Translations under genes and position numbers: made by a program
In this document: piece after piece, positions 19,572 to 28,525 of the stretch
Position numbering within the stretch: the stretch's first letter is position 1
Layout of the letters: each line of letters starts with the position of its first letter
From: Corallococcus exiguus
Lineage (GTDB): Bacteria > Myxococcota > Myxococcia > Myxococcales > Myxococcaceae
NCBI RefSeq assembly: GCF_051058965.1
Contig: NZ_CP183924.1
DNA: 64,000 bases
Strand: one strand, 5' to 3'
The notes under the pieces: model-generated
What the model saw: the letters and a program-made list of their open reading frames with translations, nothing else
Database searches by the model: none
What the model was told of the DNA's origin: nothing

Positions 19572-20498
19572 TCAGAGGCTCAGGCCCGCGGACAGGAGCA
19601 GCGCGAACACCAGCCCGAGCGCGGCAGTCTTCCCCAGGTGTGGGTTGAGCGCGCTGCCGTCCTCGCGCCAGATGGCGCGGATCTGCCGCACCGCGAGCGG
19701 CACGGCGACCAGGGTGAGGAGCCAGGCCCAGCGGTGCTCCGGCAGCACCGCCCAGGCAATCACTGGGAGCACGAACGCGCCCCCTACCGCCAGCGTGTAT
19801 TCCCACTGCCCGAAGCGCTGGCCGAAGCGCACCACCAGCGTGCGCTTGCCGGCGATCACGTCCGTCTTGCGGTCGCGCAGGTTGTTCACCGCGAGGATGC
19901 CCGCGGAGAAGAGCCCCATGGACAGCCCCGCCACCAGCACGGCCGGTGTGACGTGGTGCGTGAGCACCACATAGCTGCCGCTCACCCCCAGCAGCCCGAA
20001 GATGATCAGCACCAGCACGTCCCCCAGGCCCAGGTACCCCAGGGGCACGGGGCCCGCGGAGTAGAAGACCGCGCCCGCCAGGCAGAAGGCGCCGCCCGCG
20101 AACACCGGCCAGCCCTCCGCCTGGGTCAGCAGCAGCAGCGCGAGCGAGGATCCGGTGAACGCCAGCGCCGCGGCCGTCGCCACCTCGCGCGCCGTGAGCC
20201 AGCCCTTCTGCGTGACGCGCGCGGGCCCCAGACGCGCCTCGGTGTCCGCGCCCCGTTCGAAGTCCGCGTAGTCGTTCACCAGGTTGCTGACGATCTGCAT
20301 GAGCACGAAGCCCACCAGGAACGTCAGCGCCGGCGCGAGCCGCCAGTGGCCCTCCGCGTTCGCGAACGCCCAGCCCAGCAGCGTGGGGGCGACGGAGGCG
20401 GTCAGCGTCTTGGGCCGCAGCGCGAGCCACCAGACGCGGGCCAGAGGGGGTCTTGATTCAAGCGCGACACTCGACGACGGGAGACTCGGAGTGGCCAT
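19572..20498 (-). CDS. menA: 1,4-dihydroxy-2-naphthoate octaprenyltransferase (UbiA superfamily)
   Basis: The UbiA prenyltransferase motif NDYADFERGAD, multiple TM helices, and MenA-like length and topology. Confidence 0.8.
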   Translation of the reverse strand: MATPSLPSSSVALESRPPLARVWWLALRPKTLTASVAPTLLGWAFANAEGHWRLAPALTFLVGFVLMQIVSNLVNDYADFERGADTEARLGPARVTQKGWLTAREVATAAALAFTGSSLALLLLTQAEGWPVFAGGAFCLAGAVFYSAGPVPLGYLGLGDVLVLIIFGLLGVSGSYVVLTHHVTPAVLVAGLSMGLFSAGILAVNNLRDRKTDVIAGKRTLVVRFGQRFGQWEYTLAVGGAFVLPVIAWAVLPEHRWAWLLTLVAVPLAVRQIRAIWREDGSALNPHLGKTAALGLVFALLLSAGLSL

Positions 20499-20716
20499 GG
20501 ATATCCGGGGGAGGGCAGCAGGCGCACGGTAAAGCTACAGGCCCGCCGACCGCAAGAGGAGCCAATGCTTCACATCGGTTTTCCTCATGTATCACCTGTC
20601 TACACTCCGGCGGGCGGCTGCGTGACACAAAGCCAGACGCCAGTCCCCTCTCGGGCAAATTCCGGAACAATCAGAAATACAGGCCATCCGTGGCCGCCGG
20701 GTGATAGAAGGCTGCC

Positions 20717-21406
20717 ATGAACTCGACCTCCTTCCCTTCCTCCCCTTCCCTTTCGCGCCGGAGCGCCGTGACGCTGCTGGGCGCGTTCGTGCTCGCGCTC
20801 GCCGGGTGTCATCCGGTGCTCTCCATCGAGGATGCGCGCTCGCGCTCCAACGGTTCGGAGGTGGTGGTGGAGGGCGCGGTGACCGTGGCGCCCGGCACGT
20901 TCTCCTCCGCCCTGGGCGATGAGGGCTTCGCCATCCAGGACGACACCGGCGGCATCTACGTCAAGCTGGAGGAGAAGCTGTCCTTCGGGCTGGGGGCCCG
21001 CGTGCGCGTCTCCGGCACTCTGGACGAGCAGAACATGCTGCGCATCCTCAAGAGCGTGCCCGAGGACGTGGACCTGAAGTCGGGCACGGAGCAGGTGTCG
21101 CCCAAGGAAGTGACCACCGGCGGCGTGAACGAGTCCGTGGAGGGCCAGCTCATCCGCGCGAGCGGCGCCATCACCCAGGCTTTCCAGGACGACTCGCCCT
21201 ACGGCTACAAGCTCTACATCGACGACGGCACCGGCGAGGTGCAGGTGTTCGTCCACGTCTCCGCCGGCTTCGACAAGACCGCGCTCCAGGCCCTCACCGT
21301 GGGACAGCGCATCGCCGTGGTGGGGCTGGCCGCGCAGTATGAGACGACCTACGAGGTGGCGCCCCGCATGCCGGGCGACCTCTCGGTGCAGAGTGCCGCG
21401 CCCTGA
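20717..21406 (+). CDS. lipoprotein (unknown function)
   Basis: Lipobox LALAGC after a signal peptide. 229 aa. GC3 is high. Confidence 0.6.
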   Translation: MNSTSFPSSPSLSRRSAVTLLGAFVLALAGCHPVLSIEDARSRSNGSEVVVEGAVTVAPGTFSSALGDEGFAIQDDTGGIYVKLEEKLSFGLGARVRVSGTLDEQNMLRILKSVPEDVDLKSGTEQVSPKEVTTGGVNESVEGQLIRASGAITQAFQDDSPYGYKLYIDDGTGEVQVFVHVSAGFDKTALQALTVGQRIAVVGLAAQYETTYEVAPRMPGDLSVQSAAP

Positions 21407-21615
21407 CAGCAGCCAGGCGCCCCTGGGTATGTAGCACCCCAGACGCCAGACGCAGGGTCCGCGGGCCGTTGGCTTTCGTGCAGGGCTCCACATGTGTGCC
21501 TGGGGGCGGATGCACGAAAGCCAACGTGCGCCTGACAAGGGGACAGGCGGGCAGGTTCCAAGCGTACGCGCAGTGCCAATCCATCCGAGTCCCTGGCGGA
21601 CGAACGAGGGCTGGC

Positions 21616-24066
21616 ATGGACGGACTTCGAGGAACAGCAGCGGTCTTGCTTGCGTGCGCGGGCCTGTGGGCCCCGGGCACCGCGTGGGCACAGGCGCCCG
21701 ACGAGGACGACTCCGGCGACGTGATGTCGGAGGAGAAGCTGGAGGCCCTGCTCGACACGCCGACGGCGCAGCCCTCGCAGGACGAGGTGACGGCGGAGGC
21801 CTTCGGGCCGGAGCGGCTTTCGACCTACTTCGCGGAAGGCCTGCTGGCGAAGGCGAAGGCGGAGTTCGACCGCGGCCGGTACAAGTCCGCGCGGGCGCTG
21901 CTCGCGACGGAGTCTCCCCCTTCCCTCCCCGGCCGCTTCCTCCAGGCGCAGAGCGCGTTCCTCGCGCGGGACTTCACGACCGCCGCCGCGGAGTTCACCG
22001 CGCTCGCGGAGGACTACGTCCCGCTGCGCGACCACTGCCTGATGAAGGCCGCGCAGTCGCACGAACGGCTGCGCAAGCCGCTGCGCGCGGCGGAGCAGTA
22101 TGGCCTGGTGAGCCCGGGCTCACCGCTCTACCCGGAGGCCCGCTTCACCATGGCGCGCGTGCTCAAGCGCCAGCTGAAGATCCCCGAGGCGCTGGCCGCG
22201 CTCCAGGAGTTCATCGACAGCCGGCAGGCTCGCGGGCCGGACGCGCTGCGGATGAAGGCGCTGCTCGCGTACTGCGACCTGGCGCGCGCGGCGGGGCAGT
22301 ACAACGCCGAGCACCGCGCGCTGCTGGAGGTCTGGGCCACCGCACCCCTGTCGCCGGAGGCGGATCGCGCGAAGGCCCTGCTGCGCGACCTGCCCCTGCC
22401 CATGAAGTGGCGCGTGCGCCGCGCGGAGGCGCTGGTGGAGCTGCACCAGAACGTCCCGGCCATGAACATGCTGGCCCGCTCGGGGCCTCGCACGGAGCTC
22501 CCGGACGAGCTGGCCTGCCGCGCCCAGCTCACCCTGGGCCGCGCCCTGCGCAAGGAGCGTCAGCACCGCCGCGCCATCCAGGTGCTGGAGCCGGTGGCGC
22601 GCGAGTGCCAGTCGCCGGAGCAGCGGCCGCAGGCGCTCTACCTGCTCGCCTATTCGCAGTCCGTGGTGCAGCCCGAAGCGGCGGTGGAGACGTACGCCAC
22701 GCTGGCGCGGGACTACCCGGAGCACGGCTACGCGGACGACGCGCTGTTCTTCGAGGCCTGGACGCAGCAGCGCCTGGGCCGCGCGGACGAGGCGCTGGAG
22801 AACTACGAGGCGCTCGCGAAGCGCTACCCCGCCGGCAACTTCGCCGCCGAGGCCCTCTTCCGAGCCTTCTGGCTGCACCAGCGCAAGGGCGAGACGCAGC
22901 AGGGCCTGGCGTCGCTGATGTCGGTGGAGCAGCTGCCGGAGGCCGCGCGCACCGACGACGCCCTCTGGCGCGCGCGCTACTGGCAGGCGCGAGTCCAGGA
23001 GAACGCTGGCGCGCTGGACCCGGCGCTCGCGCGCTACGAGCTCATCGCCACCGAGCGGCCCACGGCCTGGTACGGGCTGCTGTCCCGCACGCGGCTGGCG
23101 CAGCACGCACCGGAGCGGCTGGCGCGGTTGACGGAAACCGCCGCGCAACCGGCCGTGGCGAAGACCTTGAACACCGCCGCGCCGGCCAACGACGAGGTCT
23201 GGCCCCTGCCCCCGGGCCCGCTCCAGAAGGATGCGCGCTTCGCGGCGGGCGTGGAGCTCTTGCGCCTGGGACAGCCGGGCGTGGTGGAGGAGCTGCTCGC
23301 GGTGGACACGCGCGGCCTGGCGGAAGCGCCCGCGCGGCTGCTCTACCAGACCATGCGCCGCACCGGCCGCGGCCGGGCCACGCGGCAGGTGGCCCGCGTG
23401 ACGCTGCGCCAGGAGGCGGCCGGGCCGCTCAGCGCCGCGTCCCGTCCGGTGTGGGAGGCGACGTGGCCGCTCGCGTTCCGGCCGCTCATCCAGAGCTATT
23501 CGAAGGCCGCTCGCGTGGACCCCGACCTCCTGCAGGGCCTCATCCGCGAGGAGAGCCGGTTCAACCCGCGCGCGCGTTCGTCCACCGGCGCGCTGGGGCT
23601 CGCGCAGCTCATGCCCACGACGGCGCAGGCGGTGGCGGACTCGCTCAAGCTGGCGTCGTTCGAGATGTCGTCGCTGCTCCAGCCCGCGCCGAACATCCGG
23701 CTGGGGGCGGCGTACCTGGGCTCGCTGCTCAAGCACTTCGACGGCAACCCCGCCTACGCGGTGGCCGCCTACAACGCAGGCCCCAATGCGGTGGAGCGCT
23801 GGCGCAAGGCCCTGCCCCAGGCGGAGCTGGACGAGTGGGTGGAGCACATCGCCTTCGACGAGACCCGCGACTACGTGAAGCGCGTGCTCAGCAGCTACAG
23901 CGCCTACAAGCTGCTCTACGCCAACGAAGTCCCCGCCTCCTTCGCGCCGGCCCGCAAGGCGCCGCTGGAGGCCGCGCGCACGCCCACGGTGAGCCCTGCG
24001 TCGGGTGTGGGCGGCAGCGGCCGGAATGCGGCGACGCCCACCTCCTCCGTCTCCGGGAGACGCTAG
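21616..24066 (+). CDS. soluble lytic murein transglycosylase (Slt70-like: TPR/superhelical N-domain + SLT catalytic domain)
   Basis: A signal peptide (MDGLRGTAAVLLACAGLWAPGTAWAQ) and the SLT motifs EESRFNP, LGLAQLMPTTA and AYNAGPNAV. Confidence 0.8.
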   Translation: MDGLRGTAAVLLACAGLWAPGTAWAQAPDEDDSGDVMSEEKLEALLDTPTAQPSQDEVTAEAFGPERLSTYFAEGLLAKAKAEFDRGRYKSARALLATESPPSLPGRFLQAQSAFLARDFTTAAAEFTALAEDYVPLRDHCLMKAAQSHERLRKPLRAAEQYGLVSPGSPLYPEARFTMARVLKRQLKIPEALAALQEFIDSRQARGPDALRMKALLAYCDLARAAGQYNAEHRALLEVWATAPLSPEADRAKALLRDLPLPMKWRVRRAEALVELHQNVPAMNMLARSGPRTELPDELACRAQLTLGRALRKERQHRRAIQVLEPVARECQSPEQRPQALYLLAYSQSVVQPEAAVETYATLARDYPEHGYADDALFFEAWTQQRLGRADEALENYEALAKRYPAGNFAAEALFRAFWLHQRKGETQQGLASLMSVEQLPEAARTDDALWRARYWQARVQENAGALDPALARYELIATERPTAWYGLLSRTRLAQHAPERLARLTETAAQPAVAKTLNTAAPANDEVWPLPPGPLQKDARFAAGVELLRLGQPGVVEELLAVDTRGLAEAPARLLYQTMRRTGRGRATRQVARVTLRQEAAGPLSAASRPVWEATWPLAFRPLIQSYSKAARVDPDLLQGLIREESRFNPRARSSTGALGLAQLMPTTAQAVADSLKLASFEMSSLLQPAPNIRLGAAYLGSLLKHFDGNPAYAVAAYNAGPNAVERWRKALPQAELDEWVEHIAFDETRDYVKRVLSSYSAYKLLYANEVPASFAPARKAPLEAARTPTVSPASGVGGSGRNAATPTSSVSGRR

Positions 24067-24072
24067 GCGGCA

Positions 24073-24100
24073 CGCCGGACGGGGCCGTGTTCCCGTCCGG
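24073..24100. terminator. GC-rich hairpin between convergent genes (putative bidirectional intrinsic terminator, no U-tract)
   Basis: A perfect 10-bp stem, gccggacggg / cccgtccggc, with an 8-nt loop. It lies between the slt stop (24066) and the stop of the convergent lipoprotein gene (24122). Confidence 0.4.
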
Positions 24101-24121
24101 CGCTTGGACCGCGGGTTCGCG

Positions 24122-24937
24122 CTACTTCACGCCCGTGGGCTGGGTGATGGACTCGGAGCGGATGGTGTACTCGCCAGCGATGGCGTTCGTGTCGATGCCC
24201 GTGAAGTGACGGTACGGGTACGCGCCATCCGCGACGGTCTCGATGAACTCCACCGAGTCACCGGTGACGGACTTGCCGTTGATGTCCACGGTGAAGGTGT
24301 TCTTCTCCGAGTCCAGGCGCCACACGCACGCGCCCACGTTCGTCTCCGCGGAGCCGGTGGACAGCCCGTCGATGTCGAAGTCGTTCAGGAAGTGGTGGTT
24401 CATCTCCGCCCAGCGGAGGAAGTCCCGCCAGTTGGTGAAGGTGATCATCAGCCCGGCCGGCTGGGGGCTGGAGCCCTGGAGCACGCCGCCCCGGTAGATG
24501 TTCATCCGGTACGCGGAGCCGCCCGGCGAGCCCGTGAACGTGGGCAGGATGTTGACCGTGTTCGCCTCGCGGCCCGGCGTCACCTTCAGCGTGCTGACGA
24601 CCTGATCGCCATCGCGCGCGGACAGCTGGTAGCCACCCTGCGCCCCCAGACGCGTCGCCACGCGCTGCTCCCACTTCACGGCCTGCGTGAAGCTGCTGGA
24701 GACGCCGTCCTTCTGGGTCGTGAGGTTGGACACCGCCAGCCCGTCAGCGACGGCATCCACCTTCGCGCGGCCCAGCGCGCAGCTGGTGATGCCTTCGAAC
24801 TTCTTCACGCACTGGGACGCCGCGGCTTCCTGCGCGTTCAGGGAACCGGAGGCCTGGCCGTCATCGGCACCGCCCGCGCAACCCGTGATGCTCAGCAGCA
24901 TGGAAGCCAGCAGGGAACCCGTGATCTTCAGATGCAT
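24122..24937 (-). CDS. lipoprotein (unknown function)
   Basis: Signal peptide with lipobox LSITGC. 271 aa. Confidence 0.6.
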   Translation of the reverse strand: MHLKITGSLLASMLLSITGCAGGADDGQASGSLNAQEAAASQCVKKFEGITSCALGRAKVDAVADGLAVSNLTTQKDGVSSSFTQAVKWEQRVATRLGAQGGYQLSARDGDQVVSTLKVTPGREANTVNILPTFTGSPGGSAYRMNIYRGGVLQGSSPQPAGLMITFTNWRDFLRWAEMNHHFLNDFDIDGLSTGSAETNVGACVWRLDSEKNTFTVDINGKSVTGDSVEFIETVADGAYPYRHFTGIDTNAIAGEYTIRSESITQPTGVK

Positions 24938-25117
24938 CCGTTACCTCATGGTGTGGGGTGTACTGCCCGCTGCCCCACTGCACCCCTCACGCCAACACCT
25001 GGAGCCCGTCTGTTTCACTCGTGTCATTCATTGATTGAGAAAACGGAGTAGCGGCGGATGTCACATGAAACACGCGATTTGTAGCAGGTCCGGTCTCACC
25101 CGGAGCCTCAGGACCCC

Positions 25118-25149
25118 TTACTCGCGGGCGGGGTCCTGAAACGGGGATT
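25118..25149. other. perfect 10-bp stem / 12-nt loop hairpin in a divergent intergenic region
   Basis: tcaggacccc ttactcgcgggc ggggtcctga. It lies between the divergent genes at 24937 (-) and 25255 (+). Confidence 0.3.
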
Positions 25150-25254
25150 CAAGGGATGAGCCGGACGCGGGCGGAACTTTGCCGTGGCGCACAACTCCCC
25201 AGGGGGTTCGGCGGATAATCTGGGGAGCGCTGTTCCTCCCCCGGACTCCCCACC

Positions 25255-26688
25255 ATGGCCTCGAAGATCAACGACAGCTCGCGTCCCCTCACCTCCGTCT
25301 CGCGGCTGTCCTCGCAGGACGCCCGGACGACGGATGCGAAGTCCCGGAACCGCCCTCTCGCATTCAAGGACGGCTTCGAGTCCTCCGGCAGCACGCGCCC
25401 CGCGCCCGGCCAGCTGCCGCGGCTGCCCGCGCCGCCTCCGATCCTGGGGCTGCCCGCGCCCACCACCCCGACGCCCGCGCCGACGACGCCGGTGCCTCCG
25501 GAGGCGCCCACCGAGCCGCCCGTTTCGGTCGACTCGGATCCGATGACGCACCTCGAGTACCTGGCCTCGGACGCGCTGCAGGGACGTGACAGCCCCTCCG
25601 CGGGCCTGGATGCCGCTTCCGTCTACGTGCAGGCCCACGCGGAGAAGTACGGGCTCGTGGGGCCCAACATCAACAACCCGGAGAACCCCTTCCAGCAGAA
25701 GTTCAACGTCTACTCGTGGCTGGGCGCGGAAAAGGCGGGCGAGACGGCGGGCGCGGCGCACGCAGGGCATGCCGAGCACAAACAGTTCGGCCACACGATG
25801 TTCCAGGAAGGCTTCTACCTGGACGAGAAGATGCCCAAGGACACGCTGAAGAAGCTCAACCAGCAGTACGAGCAGACGATGAAGGCGGCGGGCCAGTCGG
25901 TGGTGCCGGCGCGCGCGGGCAAGCAGCGCAGCGTGGAGGAGCTCAAGCAGGTGGCCGCCGCCACGGGCCAGGCGGTGAACACCATGGCCATGCTGCCCGG
26001 CACCGGCCCCCACAAGGACGAGGTCATCGTGGTGATGGCCCACCTGGACCACGTGGGCGTGGACCGCAAGGGCAACCCGTACAACGGCGCGGACGACAAC
26101 GCGTCCGGCAGCGCGGTGCTGATGGCGGCGGTGCCGGAGCTGGCGGAGGCCGCGAAGAACGGCAAGCTGGACCGCTCCGTGCTCTTCATCTGGACGGGCG
26201 CGGAGGAGAAGGGCCTGGTGGGCTCGCAGTACTTCGTGGACCACCCCATCCCCGGCCTGGAGCTGAAGAACATCGCCGGCGTCATCAACACGGACATGGT
26301 GGGCCGCTGGGATGATCAGCGCCTGTCCGTGGTGGACACCAACACCAAGGGCCAGCCCAACTACTTCCGTGACGTGGTGGACCAGGCGAACCAGCAGCTG
26401 GCGGATCCGTTCGACCGCATCAACCGCGACATCAACGTCTACCGCGACCGGCAGGACGGCGCGTCCTTCGGGCGCAAGGGCGAGGACGTCCTCTTCCTCT
26501 TCGAGGGCCTGTCCAACCCCGAGGGCGGCGGCGACCTCATCCCGGAGTACCACCGGCAGGATGACGACATCGACAAGATCATCGAGGACAACGGCGGCAA
26601 CAAGCCCCGCCGCGTGAAGGACCTGCTCCTCAACGTCATCAACATCGCGGCGAACCGCACGACGGAGCCGCAGCAGCAGCCGAAGTAG
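25255..26688 (+). CDS. M28-family zinc peptidase (aminopeptidase-like) with a Pro-rich N-terminal extension
   Basis: M28 metal ligand motifs HLDHVG and GADDNASG, plus NTDMVG. The first 95 aa or so are Pro/Thr-rich with no classical signal peptide. Confidence 0.8.
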   Translation: MASKINDSSRPLTSVSRLSSQDARTTDAKSRNRPLAFKDGFESSGSTRPAPGQLPRLPAPPPILGLPAPTTPTPAPTTPVPPEAPTEPPVSVDSDPMTHLEYLASDALQGRDSPSAGLDAASVYVQAHAEKYGLVGPNINNPENPFQQKFNVYSWLGAEKAGETAGAAHAGHAEHKQFGHTMFQEGFYLDEKMPKDTLKKLNQQYEQTMKAAGQSVVPARAGKQRSVEELKQVAAATGQAVNTMAMLPGTGPHKDEVIVVMAHLDHVGVDRKGNPYNGADDNASGSAVLMAAVPELAEAAKNGKLDRSVLFIWTGAEEKGLVGSQYFVDHPIPGLELKNIAGVINTDMVGRWDDQRLSVVDTNTKGQPNYFRDVVDQANQQLADPFDRINRDINVYRDRQDGASFGRKGEDVLFLFEGLSNPEGGGDLIPEYHRQDDDIDKIIEDNGGNKPRRVKDLLLNVINIAANRTTEPQQQPK

Positions 26689-26704
26689 CTGACCGCGGCA
26701 CCCT

Positions 26705-26729
26705 CCGCCGGAAGGAGCACTTCCGGCGG
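26705..26729. terminator. hairpin terminator downstream of the M28 peptidase gene
   Basis: A perfect 10-bp stem, ccgccggaag / cttccggcgg, with a 5-nt loop, 17 nt after the stop. Confidence 0.45.
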
Positions 26730-26805
26730 GAGCATCCAGCGGGGACAGCGGGACCGCTAGGACGTGTCCGCAAATAGTTCGAGTGGAGCCGGGTGTTAGG
26801 AGGGC

Positions 26806-27264
26806 ATGAGCCGAGGAGAGCTGACGGACGCCCAATGGGAGCGGCTGGCAGGACTGCTGCCGCCCCAGAAACCCGCGCGGGGCCGACCGAACAAGGACCA
26901 CCGCGAAGTGCTCGACGGAATCCTCTGGGTGCTGCGCACCGGAGCGCCCTGGCGCGACGTGCCTCGGGAGCAGTTCGGCAGTTGGAAGACGCTCAGCAGC
27001 CGATTCTACCGCTGGCAGGAGGCAGGCATCTGGGCGCGGGTGCTGCGGCAGTTGCAGGCCGAAGCGCACGAGGATGAGCACCTGGACTGGACGCTGCACT
27101 TCCTGGACGCCAGCGTCATCCGCGCCCACCAGCACGCAGCCGGCGCACGCGGCACGCCGGTAAAAGGGGGGAGGCTGAAGCGCTGGGTCGCAGCCAGGGA
27201 GGCTTCTCGACCAAGCTGCATGTCCGGGCGGAGGGCCAGGGGCGGCCGCTCGTCTTCGAGCTGA
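26806..27264 (+). CDS. IS5-family transposase OrfA (N-terminal part)
   Basis: MSRGELTDAQWERLAGLLPPQKPARGRPNKDHREVLDGILWVLRTGAPWRDVP matches the conserved IS5 N-terminal region. DASVIRAHQHAAGA is also present. Confidence 0.75.
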   Translation: MSRGELTDAQWERLAGLLPPQKPARGRPNKDHREVLDGILWVLRTGAPWRDVPREQFGSWKTLSSRFYRWQEAGIWARVLRQLQAEAHEDEHLDWTLHFLDASVIRAHQHAAGARGTPVKGGRLKRWVAAREASRPSCMSGRRARGGRSSSS

Positions 27265-27626
27265 CGGCAGGCCAACGCCATGAGACGCAGGCCTTCAAGG
27301 CGCTGATGGCGGGTGGCAGCGTGCCGCGCGCGCACTCACCGGGGGCGCCACGCCGCTTGCCCGACGCCCTCGCGGCGGACAAAGGCTACAGCTACCCCAG
27401 CCTCCGCGCCTGGTGCCGCGAACATGGGGTGCACGCCATCATCCCCACTCGCTCGGACCAGCCCCGGCAGCGCACCTTCCGGCGCGCGGCCTACCGCAAA
27501 CGCTGCCGGGTGGAGTGTCTCTTCAATCGCTTGAAGCAGAACCGGCGGGTGGCGACGCGCTATGAGAAGCGCGCCGCCAACTACCTGGCGATGGTCCATA
27601 TCGCCTCCATCCGCCTCTGGCTCTAA
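27171..27626 (+). CDS. IS5-family transposase OrfB segment (in -1 frame relative to orfA; OrfAB fusion expected by frameshifting at aaaagggggg, 27162-27171)
   Basis: The -1 frame reads EAEALGRSQGGFSTKLHVRAEGQGRPLVFELTAGQRHE...DKGYSYPSLRAWCREHGVHAIIPTRSDQ...RYEKRAANYLAMVHIASIRLWL. These are the IS5 DDE C-terminal motifs. The fused product would be about 274 aa. Confidence 0.65.
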   Translation, partial: EAEALGRSQGGFSTKLHVRAEGQGRPLVFELTAGQRHETQAFKALMAGGSVPRAHSPGAPRRLPDALAADKGYSYPSLRAWCREHGVHAIIPTRSDQPRQRTFRRAAYRKRCRVECLFNRLKQNRRVATRYEKRAANYLAMVHIASIRLWL

Positions 27627-27640
27627 TTTGCGGACACGCC

Positions 27641-28525
27641 CTAGGCGGCCAGCTTCTCCCCGCTGCCTTCCACGGGCCTGCCGGAGAGCGCGGCGACCTC
27701 GTGCTCGCTCAGCACGAGCTTCTCTTCAGAGCCGCTCCAGACGAACGGGATGCCCGGCTGGCGGTACAGGTTCGCGGGGATCTCCTGCGCCAGCTGCGCG
27801 TGCAGCTCCGGCAGCTTGGACCAGTGCAGACCGTGCCGCGTGTGATGCGCGGTGTGGTAGCCCAGGTTGCCCGTCATCAGGTTGTAGCCCTTGTGGAGGA
27901 TGTTGTACGAGGCCTCCGAGTGGTTGGCCGTCTCCAGGCCCACGTGGTGGAAGTACGTGGCCCAGGTCGTCACGTAGAGCGACGCCATCATGGGCAAGAG
28001 GAACACGAAGAGCGCGTTGTAGGGGTTCACCCAGAACAGGCCCGCCAGCAGCACCACCTGGAGCGCGGCCATCCACACGAACACGCGCAGCGCCTTGGGG
28101 TGATGCTTCTTCCCCACGTGGAACGCGCGCGAGTACGCGGTCAGCGCCGTGCTCAGCGAGTACTCCACCTCCCCCATCGTCGAGCCGTCATCCCGCTTCC
28201 AGCGCGACTCGTCCTGCGTCTGGTCCAGGTAGTTCTTGTGGTGGCCCAGCACGTGGTGGAGGAACCACGCCTGCGACGTCACGCCCGTCTGGAAGCCGAA
28301 GACGATCTCCAACAGGCGGTTGGGCAGCGCGTGCTTGAAGAAGGACAGGTGCTGGTGGTGGTGATTCCACGAGCAGATCCATCCCTTGGGGATGATGCCC
28401 AGCCCGAACCACAGCACCGGCACCCACCAACTGCGCGCCGTGAGGAACACCGTCAGGTCGAGCGCGAACACGCCAAGGAACATCAGGACCGGGATGCGAT
28501 CTTCAGGGTGCCGGAACAGGGTCAT
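27641..28525 (-). CDS. membrane fatty-acid desaturase / hydroxylase-family protein (three His boxes)
   Basis: His boxes HHHQH, HHVLGHH and HTAHHTRH, with TM segments. The start is MTLFRHPEDRIPVLMF. The stop codon TAG (27641-27643) lies inside the IS target duplication. Confidence 0.75.
   Translation of the reverse strand: MTLFRHPEDRIPVLMFLGVFALDLTVFLTARSWWVPVLWFGLGIIPKGWICSWNHHHQHLSFFKHALPNRLLEIVFGFQTGVTSQAWFLHHVLGHHKNYLDQTQDESRWKRDDGSTMGEVEYSLSTALTAYSRAFHVGKKHHPKALRVFVWMAALQVVLLAGLFWVNPYNALFVFLLPMMASLYVTTWATYFHHVGLETANHSEASYNILHKGYNLMTGNLGYHTAHHTRHGLHWSKLPELHAQLAQEIPANLYRQPGIPFVWSGSEEKLVLSEHEVAALSGRPVEGSGEKLAA

Larger units (their letters stand above)
26761..27640 (+). mobile_element. IS5-family insertion sequence (IS427-like group), 880 bp, with imperfect terminal inverted repeats and a CTAG target-site duplication
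   Basis: The left end is gacgtgtccgcaaatag and the right end, as its reverse complement, is ggcgtgtccgcaaattag. ctag flanks both sides (26757-26760 and 27641-27644). It encodes an IS5-type DDE transposase as orfA and orfB, with a slippery A4G6 run. Confidence 0.8.

Noticed and set aside
21492-24209. 905-aa ORF in an alternative plus frame over the slt gene
   Set aside because: Gly/Arg/Ala/Pro junk composition. The in-frame Slt reading has the SLT catalytic motifs.
25108-27135. 675-aa minus-strand ORF antisense to the M28 peptidase and IS transposase
   Set aside because: A shadow ORF crossing the IS boundary. The composition is Arg/Gly/Leu/Val-rich.
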